Origin: a virus | Taxonomy: Duplodnaviria > Caudoviricetes | Reading direction: 5' to 3' (one strand) | DNA length: 36,068 nucleotides | Virus record (IMG/VR): IMGVR_UViG_3300020045_004627 | Location: 1 to 36,068 of that record | Part shown: one piece after another, positions 6,335 to 16,874 of the stretch | How positions within the stretch are numbered: position 1 is the stretch's first letter | How the letters are laid out: each line of letters starts with the position of its first letter | The notes under the pieces: generated by a model | The model's database searches: none | Seen by the model: the letters and a program-made list of their open reading frames with translations, nothing else | What the model was told of the DNA's origin: nothing | Translations under genes and position numbers: made by a program

Positions 6335-8560
6335 TTAATTTGTTAAAGTCCATTTATCACCACTATCATCTGTAAAAAATCCTCCATCCGTAGTTTCCCA
6401 ATAATCGGGGAAAATATCATTTCCAAATGCACGACTTGAAACAGAAACTCCATTTTCAATACTCATTTGATTTGTGTTGTATTTACATTCCAAAATTACT
6501 GAATTTAATAATGTAGTCATAGTTAAATCGTATAATGGATTATTTACATCATTTCCGTTACCGATTACCGATGAATTAACCCAATAAGGCTGACTTTCGA
6601 AAGGTTCAACTTTTATCCATCCCCAGCAATTATCAATATTTAAAGGCGTTGTCCCTGTGTGCGTTGCTTTAATTGTCATTATTTCACCATCAACAATCGC
6701 GCTACACGGGTCACCATTTTCACGGAAATACTCAATAGTAGTTGTTAGATTTCCTGAATCATAATCAGTTATTGAAAAGCCTTTATTGAAAATAAAAGCC
6801 TGCTCATCGTTTTCTAATGATGTTACTATTCGTATATTCCAATCGGCATCATTTGCATAATGAAACCAATCTTTATTTTGATTTGGATAAAAGGCAACAT
6901 CTGCGTTCGCTTGCTGTAACCAATATTCCCAACGATTAATAAACGGATAGTAAAGCTTCACTCCGTAAGTTGTGCCTACATCAATTGAAGGATAACGGAC
7001 TAATGTAGCTACTTTTTTAGCTGAGCTTGAAGGCAAATTGTTTGTAACACCTATTGACTCATTGAGTAAATAAATACCGTCAGTGCTTACCTGTACATTA
7101 TTAAAGTCAAATATAGCTTGTTCCAAAGTGAATTTATCACCATTAACAAGGCTATGAATTTCAACACGGCAAACTAATCTTGTGTATACAGCTTCTTTTT
7201 CAGGTCGAAACTTTATTATACAACCTAAATCATCTTCAGTATATGTGGATATCGGAGTCAAAACCAATCCTGTTGTATCCTGAGTATTATTGTTGTGAAA
7301 TATTATATCATGACTTGTTACATTCGGAAGCACACCAGCAACTAAAGGTTCTTTCGTTAATTGACCATCGAAAACAATTAGATTTACAGTTCCGCAATTG
7401 AAGTAAATAACCAATCTTCTATCACCATCTTCTCGACCATCCATGAAAGCCGTAAAATCTGAATTCGGAGTAAATGTTATTTCGTAAGTAGTTTCAGTTC
7501 CAATTGTTCCGAGTTCGATTATTTCAATATCATATCCAGCACCTACATTATTTAAAGCACTCGAATAAGTATCGTCAACATATGGTAAATGTGCGTTTAA
7601 TTGCATTGAGTGAATAGACTGTGAAAAGTCATTATTCTTGTAATAAACACCATCTAAAGGAATGTATAGCGCGCCTAAATGCCTATTGGCAGCAGATGAA
7701 TCTATTGTGAATTCTGCAGTTGTTGGATTTCGGTAATCAATCGTATTAATACCGTCTACTATTGTTGCGTTTACTATTCCCGTGTTGAATGCTTGATTAA
7801 GATATCCTGTATCCGCGCTTTCATTATAGGTTACAATTGGATTTCCTGACGGTTCACCTTCAACAACTTTGAATTGCATTTGAGCTACTAATTTCAAGCA
7901 CTCAGAACCAATAAAGCTAGAATCTAAATATGCGCCACCCTGAAACGAATTGAATGTTAAAGTGTAATTACGCACATGGCTAGCGACACTATTAAATATT
8001 ATTTCGCCACTGATATCGAATTGACCAGATTTATGTCCTACTTGAATAGAAGAAACCGAACCAGCAACAGATAAGGCGTCTAATCCATTGAATCGAAGTA
8101 TTGTATTTTCCCCATCAATTAAGCTTGAAGTGTTTAATCCACTTCCGTTTGCGATGAAATTAACAAGTAAATCGAGTGAATCATGGTTATTTGTCGCGGT
8201 AAGTTTTAACCAATCTAAAGTCCCAAAGCTTTGACTTGGAGCAAGCGTTCCAATAGTAGAAAGCCCCATCACATTACCCGTGATATAAAGTATAGTCGCC
8301 GTGAATGTTGCGATAGATGGATTTCTAACCTCTATTGATTGACCAACTCTAAAGCTAAAGTCTTCCCAATCTCCTGAAAGCCTTGATATTTCGTTTTGAT
8401 CAATATCAACATAGAAATAATTAGTATCCGTGCTCTTTTCTTCAATAGCATTCTCAACTACAAAAGTGGCTGTGATTAAATCATCAACATTCCCACGGTA
8501 AAATGTTGTTACATTACCGTAAATATCCTCAAAAGAACTACTTAGTATTTTTGTTGCCAT
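6335..8560 (-). CDS. Large tail tip / baseplate protein
   Basis: 741 aa, acidic and beta-rich, downstream of the tape measure. Confidence 0.65.
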   Translation of the reverse strand: MATKILSSSFEDIYGNVTTFYRGNVDDLITATFVVENAIEEKSTDTNYFYVDIDQNEISRLSGDWEDFSFRVGQSIEVRNPSIATFTATILYITGNVMGLSTIGTLAPSQSFGTLDWLKLTATNNHDSLDLLVNFIANGSGLNTSSLIDGENTILRFNGLDALSVAGSVSSIQVGHKSGQFDISGEIIFNSVASHVRNYTLTFNSFQGGAYLDSSFIGSECLKLVAQMQFKVVEGEPSGNPIVTYNESADTGYLNQAFNTGIVNATIVDGINTIDYRNPTTAEFTIDSSAANRHLGALYIPLDGVYYKNNDFSQSIHSMQLNAHLPYVDDTYSSALNNVGAGYDIEIIELGTIGTETTYEITFTPNSDFTAFMDGREDGDRRLVIYFNCGTVNLIVFDGQLTKEPLVAGVLPNVTSHDIIFHNNNTQDTTGLVLTPISTYTEDDLGCIIKFRPEKEAVYTRLVCRVEIHSLVNGDKFTLEQAIFDFNNVQVSTDGIYLLNESIGVTNNLPSSSAKKVATLVRYPSIDVGTTYGVKLYYPFINRWEYWLQQANADVAFYPNQNKDWFHYANDADWNIRIVTSLENDEQAFIFNKGFSITDYDSGNLTTTIEYFRENGDPCSAIVDGEIMTIKATHTGTTPLNIDNCWGWIKVEPFESQPYWVNSSVIGNGNDVNNPLYDLTMTTLLNSVILECKYNTNQMSIENGVSVSSRAFGNDIFPDYWETTDGGFFTDDSGDKWTLTN

Positions 8561-8723
8561 TCCCTAATTGTGTTTTAAGTTGGTCTAGTGCTTTTGCAAC
8601 ATCGTCTGCCACTGATTTAACACGGTTATTTCCAGTCCCTTTAATAAAAGCTACCGAAATGGCTTTATCAATGTTAGCAACAAGTGATTGAGCTTGTTTT
8701 AATATTTCCTCCTGACTAATCAT
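8538..8723 (-). CDS. Small hypothetical protein
   Basis: 61-aa helical ORF overlapping both neighbours. Confidence 0.6.
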   Translation of the reverse strand: MISQEEILKQAQSLVANIDKAISVAFIKGTGNNRVKSVADDVAKALDQLKTQLGNGNKNTK

Positions 8724-10407
8724 TTATCGTAATTAAATTAGTGTTAAACGCCCAATTGAACGGCTCTTTGTATGATATAACCGCTGATTTATCCCAATCA
8801 TTGTAATCTACTGTAAGTATTTCACAATTATCTACACCGTTTATATTTGCGAAATTACAACTTTGTAAATCTACGAAATTTGCCGACGATAACATTGTTC
8901 TAGCATTCGAAAATATTTTGTAGCTATTATTCGATATGGTGTCAATTAAATGATAGTTCAACCAAATATTCTTAGCCGATATGTAATTTAAGAAGTTTGC
9001 GGGTTGTCTACCAGCAACAGTCCAAAGCAATTTGGTAGTTGAAAAGAATTGCTGTGATACTTGTGTAACTCCAATTCTAGCGTCAATTATTCCAGCGAAA
9101 TTAGTTCCATTACCGAATATAGAAGTCAATGCATCAACGAATTCAAAGAACGATTTAACACGTTTTTCTAACCAATTTAACTCCTGTTTTCTTGATGCTA
9201 GTGAAAATGGTATTGGTATTTGACGCAACCCTTTGATTGAAACCAAGTCGGGATTAAGTATGTTACTTTGCTCAGTGCTTACTTCGTGGTCACATGGGTC
9301 GAAATTATTAGCTGTGTGCAAATCGGTAAAATCAACTTTATACGTCACAAATGCACGCCTCCAACTTTCTGAAGTGTTTAATTCATGTTCATTTTGTCTT
9401 TTGGCTTGAATGTTTAACGCTGGAAATATTGAATTCTGATAAGCATTAAACTGAAAATCTCTACGCTCAATTCTAACCACGTTATCAATAACCGTTGTCT
9501 TTGCGTTAAATGTAGTTTCAACCGCCCGTACTAAGTCGCCCAATGTCGGAGTGGTATCCTGTGAACTCGGAAATCCTTTTGTAAAAGCGAAATTCAAATC
9601 ATTCTCAATGTACTGCAGTATATCTTGTTTGCCTTTAATCAACGGTACTGGTAGAATTGTTAAAGGCGCTATCGAATCCAATAACGTACTTTCTACTGTA
9701 TAACCTAAATAGTTAGCTGATTTCAATATCAAGTCACGAACTTTCGATGCTTTGAATTGTCGAATCTTTGGAAATATTAGCTCTCGTAGTTGCTCACACA
9801 TTTTCTTAATCGCTAAAACTAAAGCAACTATGTAAACTATTTGAGCTGTTAATTTAATTCCAGCTGAAATCGCGTCAGATACATCAGTGCCAATCGCACT
9901 AATAAATTCTGCGGTTATATTACTCGCTTCTTTTATTGCATCGGCTAATGCTTGAACCATTGTGTACAATGCGACCGACATAACAAGCCCTTTAACTACT
10001 TGGTTAGTTTCGATAATCGCGTAAGGCGTATCAAATATCTCATAATTAATACCTTTAGCCTTTCCTAAATCAAAAGTAAATCCATCCGCTTGGGTAAAGA
10101 ATGACTCGTTTGCAAATCTTTTCTTAACAGTGCATTCAATCTCAGTATCTCGATACGTTGTTTTTTCCATCAAATCAACATAGTACTCTAATTGCTGACC
10201 GCTATCACAAGTGATTGTTAATGGTATCCCCTCGGTCGCTCCAACAGTCATTTTGTGAAGCAATATTTTTTCACGTTGCTCATTAACGAAAATAACCGAG
10301 TCAGTACCAAATGAAAGCACATTTGGAGTCCCTGTAAAGTCGCATTTTAAGTTAATGCTTTCGTAGTTTCTTGGAGTGCCTACAACCCCGCCTAAGTCAA
10401 ATTGCAT
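8716..10407 (-). CDS. Tail hub/tip protein
   Basis: 563 aa, directly after the tape measure, with an internal hydrophobic helical segment. Confidence 0.65.
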   Translation of the reverse strand: MQFDLGGVVGTPRNYESINLKCDFTGTPNVLSFGTDSVIFVNEQREKILLHKMTVGATEGIPLTITCDSGQQLEYYVDLMEKTTYRDTEIECTVKKRFANESFFTQADGFTFDLGKAKGINYEIFDTPYAIIETNQVVKGLVMSVALYTMVQALADAIKEASNITAEFISAIGTDVSDAISAGIKLTAQIVYIVALVLAIKKMCEQLRELIFPKIRQFKASKVRDLILKSANYLGYTVESTLLDSIAPLTILPVPLIKGKQDILQYIENDLNFAFTKGFPSSQDTTPTLGDLVRAVETTFNAKTTVIDNVVRIERRDFQFNAYQNSIFPALNIQAKRQNEHELNTSESWRRAFVTYKVDFTDLHTANNFDPCDHEVSTEQSNILNPDLVSIKGLRQIPIPFSLASRKQELNWLEKRVKSFFEFVDALTSIFGNGTNFAGIIDARIGVTQVSQQFFSTTKLLWTVAGRQPANFLNYISAKNIWLNYHLIDTISNNSYKIFSNARTMLSSANFVDLQSCNFANINGVDNCEILTVDYNDWDKSAVISYKEPFNWAFNTNLITIND

Positions 10408-10409
10408 AA

Positions 10410-13400
10410 CTAGTTTTTTACAATGAATCTATTGTGAATAATCTGATTCCCTATTTTGGTTTTACCTGAAATCTCAATCAAAGCCGAACCGATTTTATTT
10501 ACATCAAATTGCGTTTCAGGTTTATTGCGGATAGTCTGCTCCAAAGAATCGAGTTGCTTTATCACTCGGTCGTCGAATCGGCTATTATTACCGCCAATAG
10601 AAAGGTTGTTTAAAGCTCCTTGACTTATCGCCTTTGCGAATAGATAGCCGTCTACAATATCATCAGTAGTTGCGCTACCTGTTGCTCTCGATTGGTCAGG
10701 ATTAAATATCTTTTCCGAACCGTCAACACGTATGATGTGACCATCTTTACCCGCTATTTGTGGCGCACCAAGTTCTTCGCCAACCGTTCGTTTTGTTCCT
10801 GTAAAGAATCCTTTCAATGAACCAGCTAATGCTTTTAATCCTTTCACCTCTAGGAATGCTTTACCTGTTGCAACTGGCACGGTGTCGCCTTTATCAACAT
10901 AATGCTCAACTGCTTGGTATAGAATCTTAATATCTTCTAATTGTTGTTGCAATTTCTGCTCTTTCTGTTTTTCAAGTGTTTTCTGATTAGTAATCTTTTG
11001 CTGTTCTGCTAATGATTGTTGCGCTGTAATCGTTCCGTTATTTGCTTGCGCTTGTAATGCGTCAGACAGTTTCTCACTTGCTTGAATCTCTTTATCAATT
11101 AACTTTTCGCGTTCTTCAGAAGCTTTCTTTAGCGCGTCAAGACTTTTCTCAATTAAGCGACTTCGCCAATCGTTCATTTTTTCAAGACGGTCTTTTTCTT
11201 CTTCTTCCTCTTTTTCGCGTTCTTCTTTCTGTTTATCAATTGCTTTTTGCTCAGATTCGTAAAGCTCATTATTCAGGTCTTTAATTGCTTCAAGTCGTTC
11301 ACGTTCGTTTTGAGTAATATCCTTGTTTTTCTGCTCGTTAGATTTCTCTAACTGTAAATCAATTATTCGTTCTTGTTTTACAACATCGTCGCTAATCTTT
11401 TTACGCTCAGTTTGATAATTACGGTCAAGGTCGATTTTAGCCTTGTTGATTAAAGCTTTCTGCTCAGAAGTCAATTTACCTTCAGCAAACAAATCTTTTT
11501 CAGTTTGATTTATTTCCGCAAGTTTCTCGTTTTTCTCTTTCTCGATTTCACCAAGCCTTAGCGCGCTTTCGGTTGCCAACTTATCTTTTAGTTGTTCGAT
11601 TTCAAATGCGTTTTGTTCCTCGATAATCTTCTTTCTTAAGTCATATTCATCGTTAAGGATTCTGAATAATTCAGCCTCAACATAAGTTCCAGTTTGTTCA
11701 ATTCCATTAAATACACCTTCTTTAAAGTCTTCGAATTTACCCGAAATTGTATCTAATTGAGATTGATTCGCGATTGTTCTAATATCAAATCGTAACTGAA
11801 CCTCACTATCATAATTCTGAATATTAGCTAATATCACGTCGAATTTAGAAAGCTCAACGTTGAATTCTTTTAGGTTTTGAGTCGATTCTTTTGTTTTATA
11901 TCCGAATCCACTCATTTTACCTTCAGCATCAAGTAAACCGTAACCATAACTATACAAGTGATTCTGTAATGATTCTAATTCGCTTTGTGCATCTTGATAC
12001 GCTTTATTCGCATTCTCTTGTGTTTCTAGCAATGATGTTCCTTGACCAGCTAAATCAGCTTCACTTGTTTCAACTAATGAATTCCAATGCAATGCATTTT
12101 TACGAGCGTTATTCAATTTAACTTGTGCTTGCTCTTGCATTTGAAGGTTAAGTGTAATCTTTTCCTCTAATGATTTTACTCTATACTCTTGTTGTTTGTA
12201 TGCAATGTATTTAAGAACTTCGCCGTTAATCATTGATTGAAATTTGGCTTCATCTTGCATATTTTTAAGAGTCGTTCCATACTTTTCGTTTATCTCTGAA
12301 ATAATCCTAGAACGCTCTTTTGAACCTTGATTTGTAGCTCTTAATTTCATTAAATAACCAACGTATTCAGCTGATTCATTTGCTACATATTCACGGCTCT
12401 TTTTAGTTTCTTCGTTGAGTCTTTTTTGTTGTGCATTAAGTTTCTTCGCTTCAATTGCTGTCTTAGAAAAGGCATCAGAACCCTTGAATAAATCACCTAT
12501 GAAATTCACAATATCCTTACCATAAATAGTAAGTAGAGTAACTCCAATACTTAAAGCAGAGCTAAGTGAGAATATTGATTTTCCAACCTGACTAAACACT
12601 GATTTAACAGGTTCACCAGCACTAGCAAGGTCAATGTTTGCTTTTTTAATTCGACCAATCTCATCAAAGAATATAGGTAAGTTATTGGATATTGCCATGA
12701 ATCCCGTTTGCATGGAATTGGCAAATGCTGGCATTTCTCGAGCTAATTGGCTAACTGAATTTGAAAGCCCATTATAACCACTTGCATAATTACCAACGTT
12801 CAGCGTGTGTTTTCCATACATGGCTTGCTGTGCCTGTAATTCACCTCGAACATTAGCTAAACTTTTAAGGTATCGAACGCCTGTTTTCTCATTTTGTTGC
12901 TCAGATAAAGAAAGTCGATTATAAGCCATTTCGACCAACTTCATTTTTGCTTCTAACTGTTGTAAACTTCCAGTTTCAGCATTACGCATTTGAGCTATTG
13001 CCTTTGTTTTTGCAACGGCTTCACGTTGTTGTTGAAGTAATTGAGCCTCTGCAACGGTAAGCATTTTAACGCTTTTCGCTTTGTTATTGTTTGCCTGTGC
13101 GTTTTTATTGGTTTGTTGCTCTGATTTCTTTTGCTCAGACACTACCTTAGCTTCTGCAGTAGCTTGTTTATTTAAAAGTTGTATCTCAGATAGCTTGACC
13201 TTTTCGTTTAGTTTTGCTAGTTCAAGTTCTTTTTTACGGAGAATAATCGTTTGCTCAGTCTGCTTGTTGATTTTTTCAGCACTAGATAAAACAGTATTTA
13301 TACCACTGATTTTACTTAAATCAGCATTATTTACTACCATTCCTAATGACTTAGCAAATCTTTGAGTTACCGCTTCAGCTTCATCAAATCCTTTTTTTAC

Positions 13401-13475
13401 TCTGTCGGCAATTGATGCCATGTTGTTTAATGCCTCTGTGGCATCTACAACCTCTCTCTTGAATTGTTTAGCCAT
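10410..13475 (-). CDS. Tail tape measure protein
   Basis: 1021 aa of coiled coil; LNVGNY motif and a hydrophobic segment (SNNLPIFFDEI...GVTLLTIYG) typical of Bacteroidota phage TMPs. Confidence 0.92.
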   Translation of the reverse strand: MAKQFKREVVDATEALNNMASIADRVKKGFDEAEAVTQRFAKSLGMVVNNADLSKISGINTVLSSAEKINKQTEQTIILRKKELELAKLNEKVKLSEIQLLNKQATAEAKVVSEQKKSEQQTNKNAQANNNKAKSVKMLTVAEAQLLQQQREAVAKTKAIAQMRNAETGSLQQLEAKMKLVEMAYNRLSLSEQQNEKTGVRYLKSLANVRGELQAQQAMYGKHTLNVGNYASGYNGLSNSVSQLAREMPAFANSMQTGFMAISNNLPIFFDEIGRIKKANIDLASAGEPVKSVFSQVGKSIFSLSSALSIGVTLLTIYGKDIVNFIGDLFKGSDAFSKTAIEAKKLNAQQKRLNEETKKSREYVANESAEYVGYLMKLRATNQGSKERSRIISEINEKYGTTLKNMQDEAKFQSMINGEVLKYIAYKQQEYRVKSLEEKITLNLQMQEQAQVKLNNARKNALHWNSLVETSEADLAGQGTSLLETQENANKAYQDAQSELESLQNHLYSYGYGLLDAEGKMSGFGYKTKESTQNLKEFNVELSKFDVILANIQNYDSEVQLRFDIRTIANQSQLDTISGKFEDFKEGVFNGIEQTGTYVEAELFRILNDEYDLRKKIIEEQNAFEIEQLKDKLATESALRLGEIEKEKNEKLAEINQTEKDLFAEGKLTSEQKALINKAKIDLDRNYQTERKKISDDVVKQERIIDLQLEKSNEQKNKDITQNERERLEAIKDLNNELYESEQKAIDKQKEEREKEEEEEKDRLEKMNDWRSRLIEKSLDALKKASEEREKLIDKEIQASEKLSDALQAQANNGTITAQQSLAEQQKITNQKTLEKQKEQKLQQQLEDIKILYQAVEHYVDKGDTVPVATGKAFLEVKGLKALAGSLKGFFTGTKRTVGEELGAPQIAGKDGHIIRVDGSEKIFNPDQSRATGSATTDDIVDGYLFAKAISQGALNNLSIGGNNSRFDDRVIKQLDSLEQTIRNKPETQFDVNKIGSALIEISGKTKIGNQIIHNRFIVKN

Positions 13476-13926
13476 TGCTTGCAGTATTAGCTTCTTTGAT
13501 TAATTCAAAGTAAGCAAGTGTTGTTGTGTCTTTTATTTTTACTGGATATCCTTCTCGTCTACTCAACCAATTCAATGTTTTTGCAATTGAACCGTTGCTA
13601 TCGCTTTTAATTCGTTCTTTGTGTGACAGTATTGTATTGGTCAATAAATTAACCTCATTCAATACTCTTCGTTGTCTCGTTTCCAAGTACTCCAATTGAA
13701 GTAATGCTCTGCGTTTAACCAAATCCAAATACTCAATATATTCGTCGCCTAATCCAATCTTTGCGATAAAGTCATTGAAAATATTTTCCCATGCTTCAGC
13801 ATCTTCTTTTTCAGAACCTTCTTTTACATCGATTCTACAATGAATTAATTCACCTTTGCAACACTTAGACCAATTCCATAATGGAAAGTCGTCAATCTCG
13901 CTGTAATACTTGTTCAATGTACTCAT
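13468..13926 (-). CDS. Putative tail assembly chaperone
   Basis: Immediately upstream of the TMP; helical. Confidence 0.5.
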   Translation of the reverse strand: MSTLNKYYSEIDDFPLWNWSKCCKGELIHCRIDVKEGSEKEDAEAWENIFNDFIAKIGLGDEYIEYLDLVKRRALLQLEYLETRQRRVLNEVNLLTNTILSHKERIKSDSNGSIAKTLNWLSRREGYPVKIKDTTTLAYFELIKEANTASNG

Positions 13927-14338
13927 AGTAATATTCTGAAATTCTATTATTCAACCACTCTTTTTGTTCTGCATCTAAACCGATAATTCCATCTCCAAAT
14001 TTATCAAACAGATTATCTCTACCTTTTTGTGGATTCGCATCAATAAAGAAATAATCCCTAAAAACACCCATGTAAATCGACTGGTAAAACCTACCTGTAT
14101 CTTTTAACGTGAAAGGTGTCCCTGCTATTTTATTCGGGTCAATTCGTTCTGAAGCTGGCTTATAAACACCAATAACACGCCCTTGGTCGTTAGTTCCTTT
14201 CTCAAACAATCTATTTCGAACCGAATCTATTATTTCTTGTCTAAACGAACTATTCTCAAATGCAAACATCCACGCATCGTCCTCATTCATTTCTGATAAG
14301 CGTTTAAGTTTATCGTACAAATCTGAATCCTGAAACAT
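13892..14338 (-). CDS. Putative neck / tail-completion protein
   Basis: TLKDTGRFYQSI resembles the DTG-L-SI motif of HK97 gp10-like and Mu gpG-like proteins. Confidence 0.6.
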   Translation of the reverse strand: MFQDSDLYDKLKRLSEMNEDDAWMFAFENSSFRQEIIDSVRNRLFEKGTNDQGRVIGVYKPASERIDPNKIAGTPFTLKDTGRFYQSIYMGVFRDYFFIDANPQKGRDNLFDKFGDGIIGLDAEQKEWLNNRISEYYYEYIEQVLQRD

Positions 14339-14350
14339 TTTGTTTGTATT

Positions 14351-14383
14351 AAAAAGCCCTGTTAAACGATTTCAACAGGGCTT
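14351..14383 (-). terminator. Intrinsic terminator after the major tail genes
   Basis: AAGCCCTGTT/AACAGGGCTT stem followed by a T-run on the minus strand. Confidence 0.85.
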
Positions 14384-14388
14384 CAAGG

Positions 14389-14559
14389 TTACTTTGTCTT
14401 TTCTTCAGCCAATCTTTTAGGCTTCAAATTAGCTTGTTTCCATGCTTTCTCAACAATTCGTTTGTCGATTTTGCCGAATGTTTTTTGAGCTTCCTCTAGC
14501 TTTTTGTCTTTTAATTCAGAAATCAATAAACTAGCCTTACCTACAATAATGTAACTCAT
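14389..14559 (-). CDS. Small basic protein, 56 aa
   Basis: MSYIIVGKAS...EEKTK* fills the gap between the major tail gene and the terminator; below the ORF-track cutoff. Confidence 0.7.
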   Translation of the reverse strand: MSYIIVGKASLLISELKDKKLEEAQKTFGKIDKRIVEKAWKQANLKPKRLAEEKTK

Positions 14560-14560
14560 G

Positions 14561-15487
14561 TTACACTGTGTATTCTTTAGAACCTCTGTAGAAGTTTTGA
14601 GCCGTATTCATTGAAACCTCTACAATATCAGTAGCAGTTTGTGCAACAAATGTAGCTTCGTATTGACCGTCAATTGCTGGGTCTTCTTCCACCGTAATCG
14701 CTGTGATTGTTGTTGCGTCTGTAATGTTTGTGAAAACAAAATCAGTAGCATCTTGACCAATAACATCGTTATTTGGAATTAATCCCTGTGCAAAATCAGT
14801 TTTAACACTGAATACAACAGTAGTTGTAGTGTGTGAAGCAACTGTGATATTCACATCTGTAAGTTTCTGTAAACGCAAGAAATCAACAGGTGTAGTCAAA
14901 TCGTCACCTTGTAACACGTAGAAGTCTTCAGTTTTTACAAGGTTGTCAAAATCAAACGCAAGCATTATTTTGTTTGTCGCTTGTGCGTCACGGAACATTA
15001 ATTTAGGGTCAATCGAACCTGAGTTAATTTCCAAAGGATATAATTTAGTACCGTCTTTTGAAACTCTACCAACTAACTGATTATCTCTTGACAATGGATA
15101 TCCCGAAACCGTTTTACACCTGTAGCTTTTTAATTTCTTCTGAACAGTAGGGACAGCGTCTTTGTCTCTTACTTCTGTAGCGAATGGCAATATTCCATCA
15201 CGCACAAAAGACTTTGTTCCGTCTGTAGCCTCGTCAAAAACAGTGTCAGCAGGAACAATGCTCGTAGCAAAAAGTCGCGGAGAAGGTGTCCATTGCGTAA
15301 GGTCAGAAGACGTTAATAATGCTAGTACCTCAGTGTTTCCAAAGTCAGCGGTCAAATCAATATAATTCAACTGATTGTCATTATCGTAAGTTGGAGTAAA
15401 GACCATCCCGATAATTTCAGCTATTTGTGTTGGACATTTACCTCTTCCGAAGTTTGCTAGTCCAGACATACAACAAATTTCACTCAT
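14561..15487 (-). CDS. Major tail (tube) protein
   Basis: 308 aa, acidic and T-rich; N-terminal CC..GLANFG..C; position in module; possible C-terminal Ig-like domain. Confidence 0.7.
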   Translation of the reverse strand: MSEICCMSGLANFGRGKCPTQIAEIIGMVFTPTYDNDNQLNYIDLTADFGNTEVLALLTSSDLTQWTPSPRLFATSIVPADTVFDEATDGTKSFVRDGILPFATEVRDKDAVPTVQKKLKSYRCKTVSGYPLSRDNQLVGRVSKDGTKLYPLEINSGSIDPKLMFRDAQATNKIMLAFDFDNLVKTEDFYVLQGDDLTTPVDFLRLQKLTDVNITVASHTTTTVVFSVKTDFAQGLIPNNDVIGQDATDFVFTNITDATTITAITVEEDPAIDGQYEATFVAQTATDIVEVSMNTAQNFYRGSKEYTV

Positions 15488-15506
15488 AATATTTTGTGTT
15501 TTTAAT

Positions 15507-16220
15507 TTAACATTTACACGCGACTGATTTGTAAATCGTTAATGTTGGTCGCGCTTCAACACCTCCTAATTCTTCATCGAAAATCATTTCGTAGAAACCG
15601 CCTTTATCTTCGTTCCCGAAAATACTTAGTGTTTTACGTTGTCCTGACTTTAATCTATCAACCTTGTAACTTGACTCAATTGAATCATTAAATCCTTTCT
15701 CAAGCGCTAACATCGGTCGTACACCTTGGTCACGTTGTTGGTCGTCTAATGAGTCTGTCATATCAATAACATCCAAGAAGAAAATACGTAGACTAGCTTC
15801 GTAATCAATCGGACTATCAAATTCATCTTCATTCTCATTAACCGAACCCGCTAACCAAATTAACGGCAAACCTACAATTGAATTGGAATTGTTTCTCAAA
15901 GTCCATTCATTGTCGGCTGTCTTAACTGAGCCAAAAACAAAAGTCGGTTCGATTATGGTTAGAACTTGTCTTTTAACTAAGGTTGTTTCGCCTGGGATTA
16001 AAACAACTATTTCACCTGTTATAGTGTTAATTGAAGTTATTCCCCACTGCGCGAAATTCTCATCAACCATGAATTGCCCTACTTTAATCCACTTGTAGTC
16101 ACATAACTTGATTGTAATTGTAAGCTCATCGTCTGTGACGATTTCCTTCACTATTACCGTGTTATCAATATTAGCGACTATTTCATCTCTTACTATTTGG
16201 ACAATGTCTATCATGGGCAA
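15507..16220 (-). CDS. Putative tail terminator / head-tail joining protein
   Basis: Position between the adaptor and major tail genes. Confidence 0.5.
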   Translation of the reverse strand: MPMIDIVQIVRDEIVANIDNTVIVKEIVTDDELTITIKLCDYKWIKVGQFMVDENFAQWGITSINTITGEIVVLIPGETTLVKRQVLTIIEPTFVFGSVKTADNEWTLRNNSNSIVGLPLIWLAGSVNENEDEFDSPIDYEASLRIFFLDVIDMTDSLDDQQRDQGVRPMLALEKGFNDSIESSYKVDRLKSGQRKTLSIFGNEDKGGFYEMIFDEELGGVEARPTLTIYKSVACKC

Positions 16221-16705
16221 TTGTAAAGAATTCGACGACCTTTGAACGTTGGATATTTATCTAAATTCTCCAAAATATAAGCTTGAATAGCTCTACTTGT
16301 GTCAATAGATGAATTGTATCGCGCAGTCGCTTCAGGCTTGTAATTAACAACTTCAGCAGACTCTACTTTACGTTTCGCTAGTCCTCCGTTAATAGACGGC
16401 TTTAAACGATTCATTGAAACAACATTGTAGTAAATAATGCCAGCTAAATATTTCTTGATTCCATTTGAGTGATAAGTACCGCAATTCAAATCCAAATCAA
16501 AAGGATTGAATATCTTAAGCAAATCCGCATCTACTGGTTCACCTGAACCTGAATCGTCAATAAGTATCTGAGAAAGTTCCGCACCTAACAAATCGTTAAG
16601 CGCGGGTCTTTCAAACTCATCAATGAATTCCTGTATTTGGTCGATAGCATACGTGTTCTTTGCTAATAGGTAAAACCCAACGAAATCAGAAACATTTATA
16701 AGCAT
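16211..16705 (-). CDS. Putative head-tail adaptor
   Basis: Downstream of the capsid; LNDLLGAEL...GIKKYLAGIIYY helical pattern. Confidence 0.6.
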   Translation of the reverse strand: MLINVSDFVGFYLLAKNTYAIDQIQEFIDEFERPALNDLLGAELSQILIDDSGSGEPVDADLLKIFNPFDLDLNCGTYHSNGIKKYLAGIIYYNVVSMNRLKPSINGGLAKRKVESAEVVNYKPEATARYNSSIDTSRAIQAYILENLDKYPTFKGRRILYNCP

Positions 16706-16872
16706 TATTCCTCAGTTTTGTCTTTAACTTCAACCTTTTTCTTTGGCTCTTTAGAAGTAGCTAATTCAACTAAACCGCGTTCAATTAAATTATCAGCTAT
16801 ACGGATAGGAAGATTTTTCTTCGTACCAACTTCTATTCCGCAAAAAGCCACAATCACAGTTACGGACTTCAT
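16705..16872 (-). CDS. Small protein, 55 aa, after the capsid gene
   Basis: MKSVTVIVAFCG...IADNLIERGLVE...EE*; stop overlaps the next ATG; a common capsid-adjacent type. Confidence 0.7.
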   Translation of the reverse strand: MKSVTVIVAFCGIEVGTKKNLPIRIADNLIERGLVELATSKEPKKKVEVKDKTEE

Positions 16873-16874
16873 GA

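Noticed and set aside
13468-14559. Programmed G/GT tail-chaperone frameshift
   Set aside because: I found no convincing slippery heptamer at the ORF ends, and a terminator and a neck-type gene lie between the major tail gene and the TMP.
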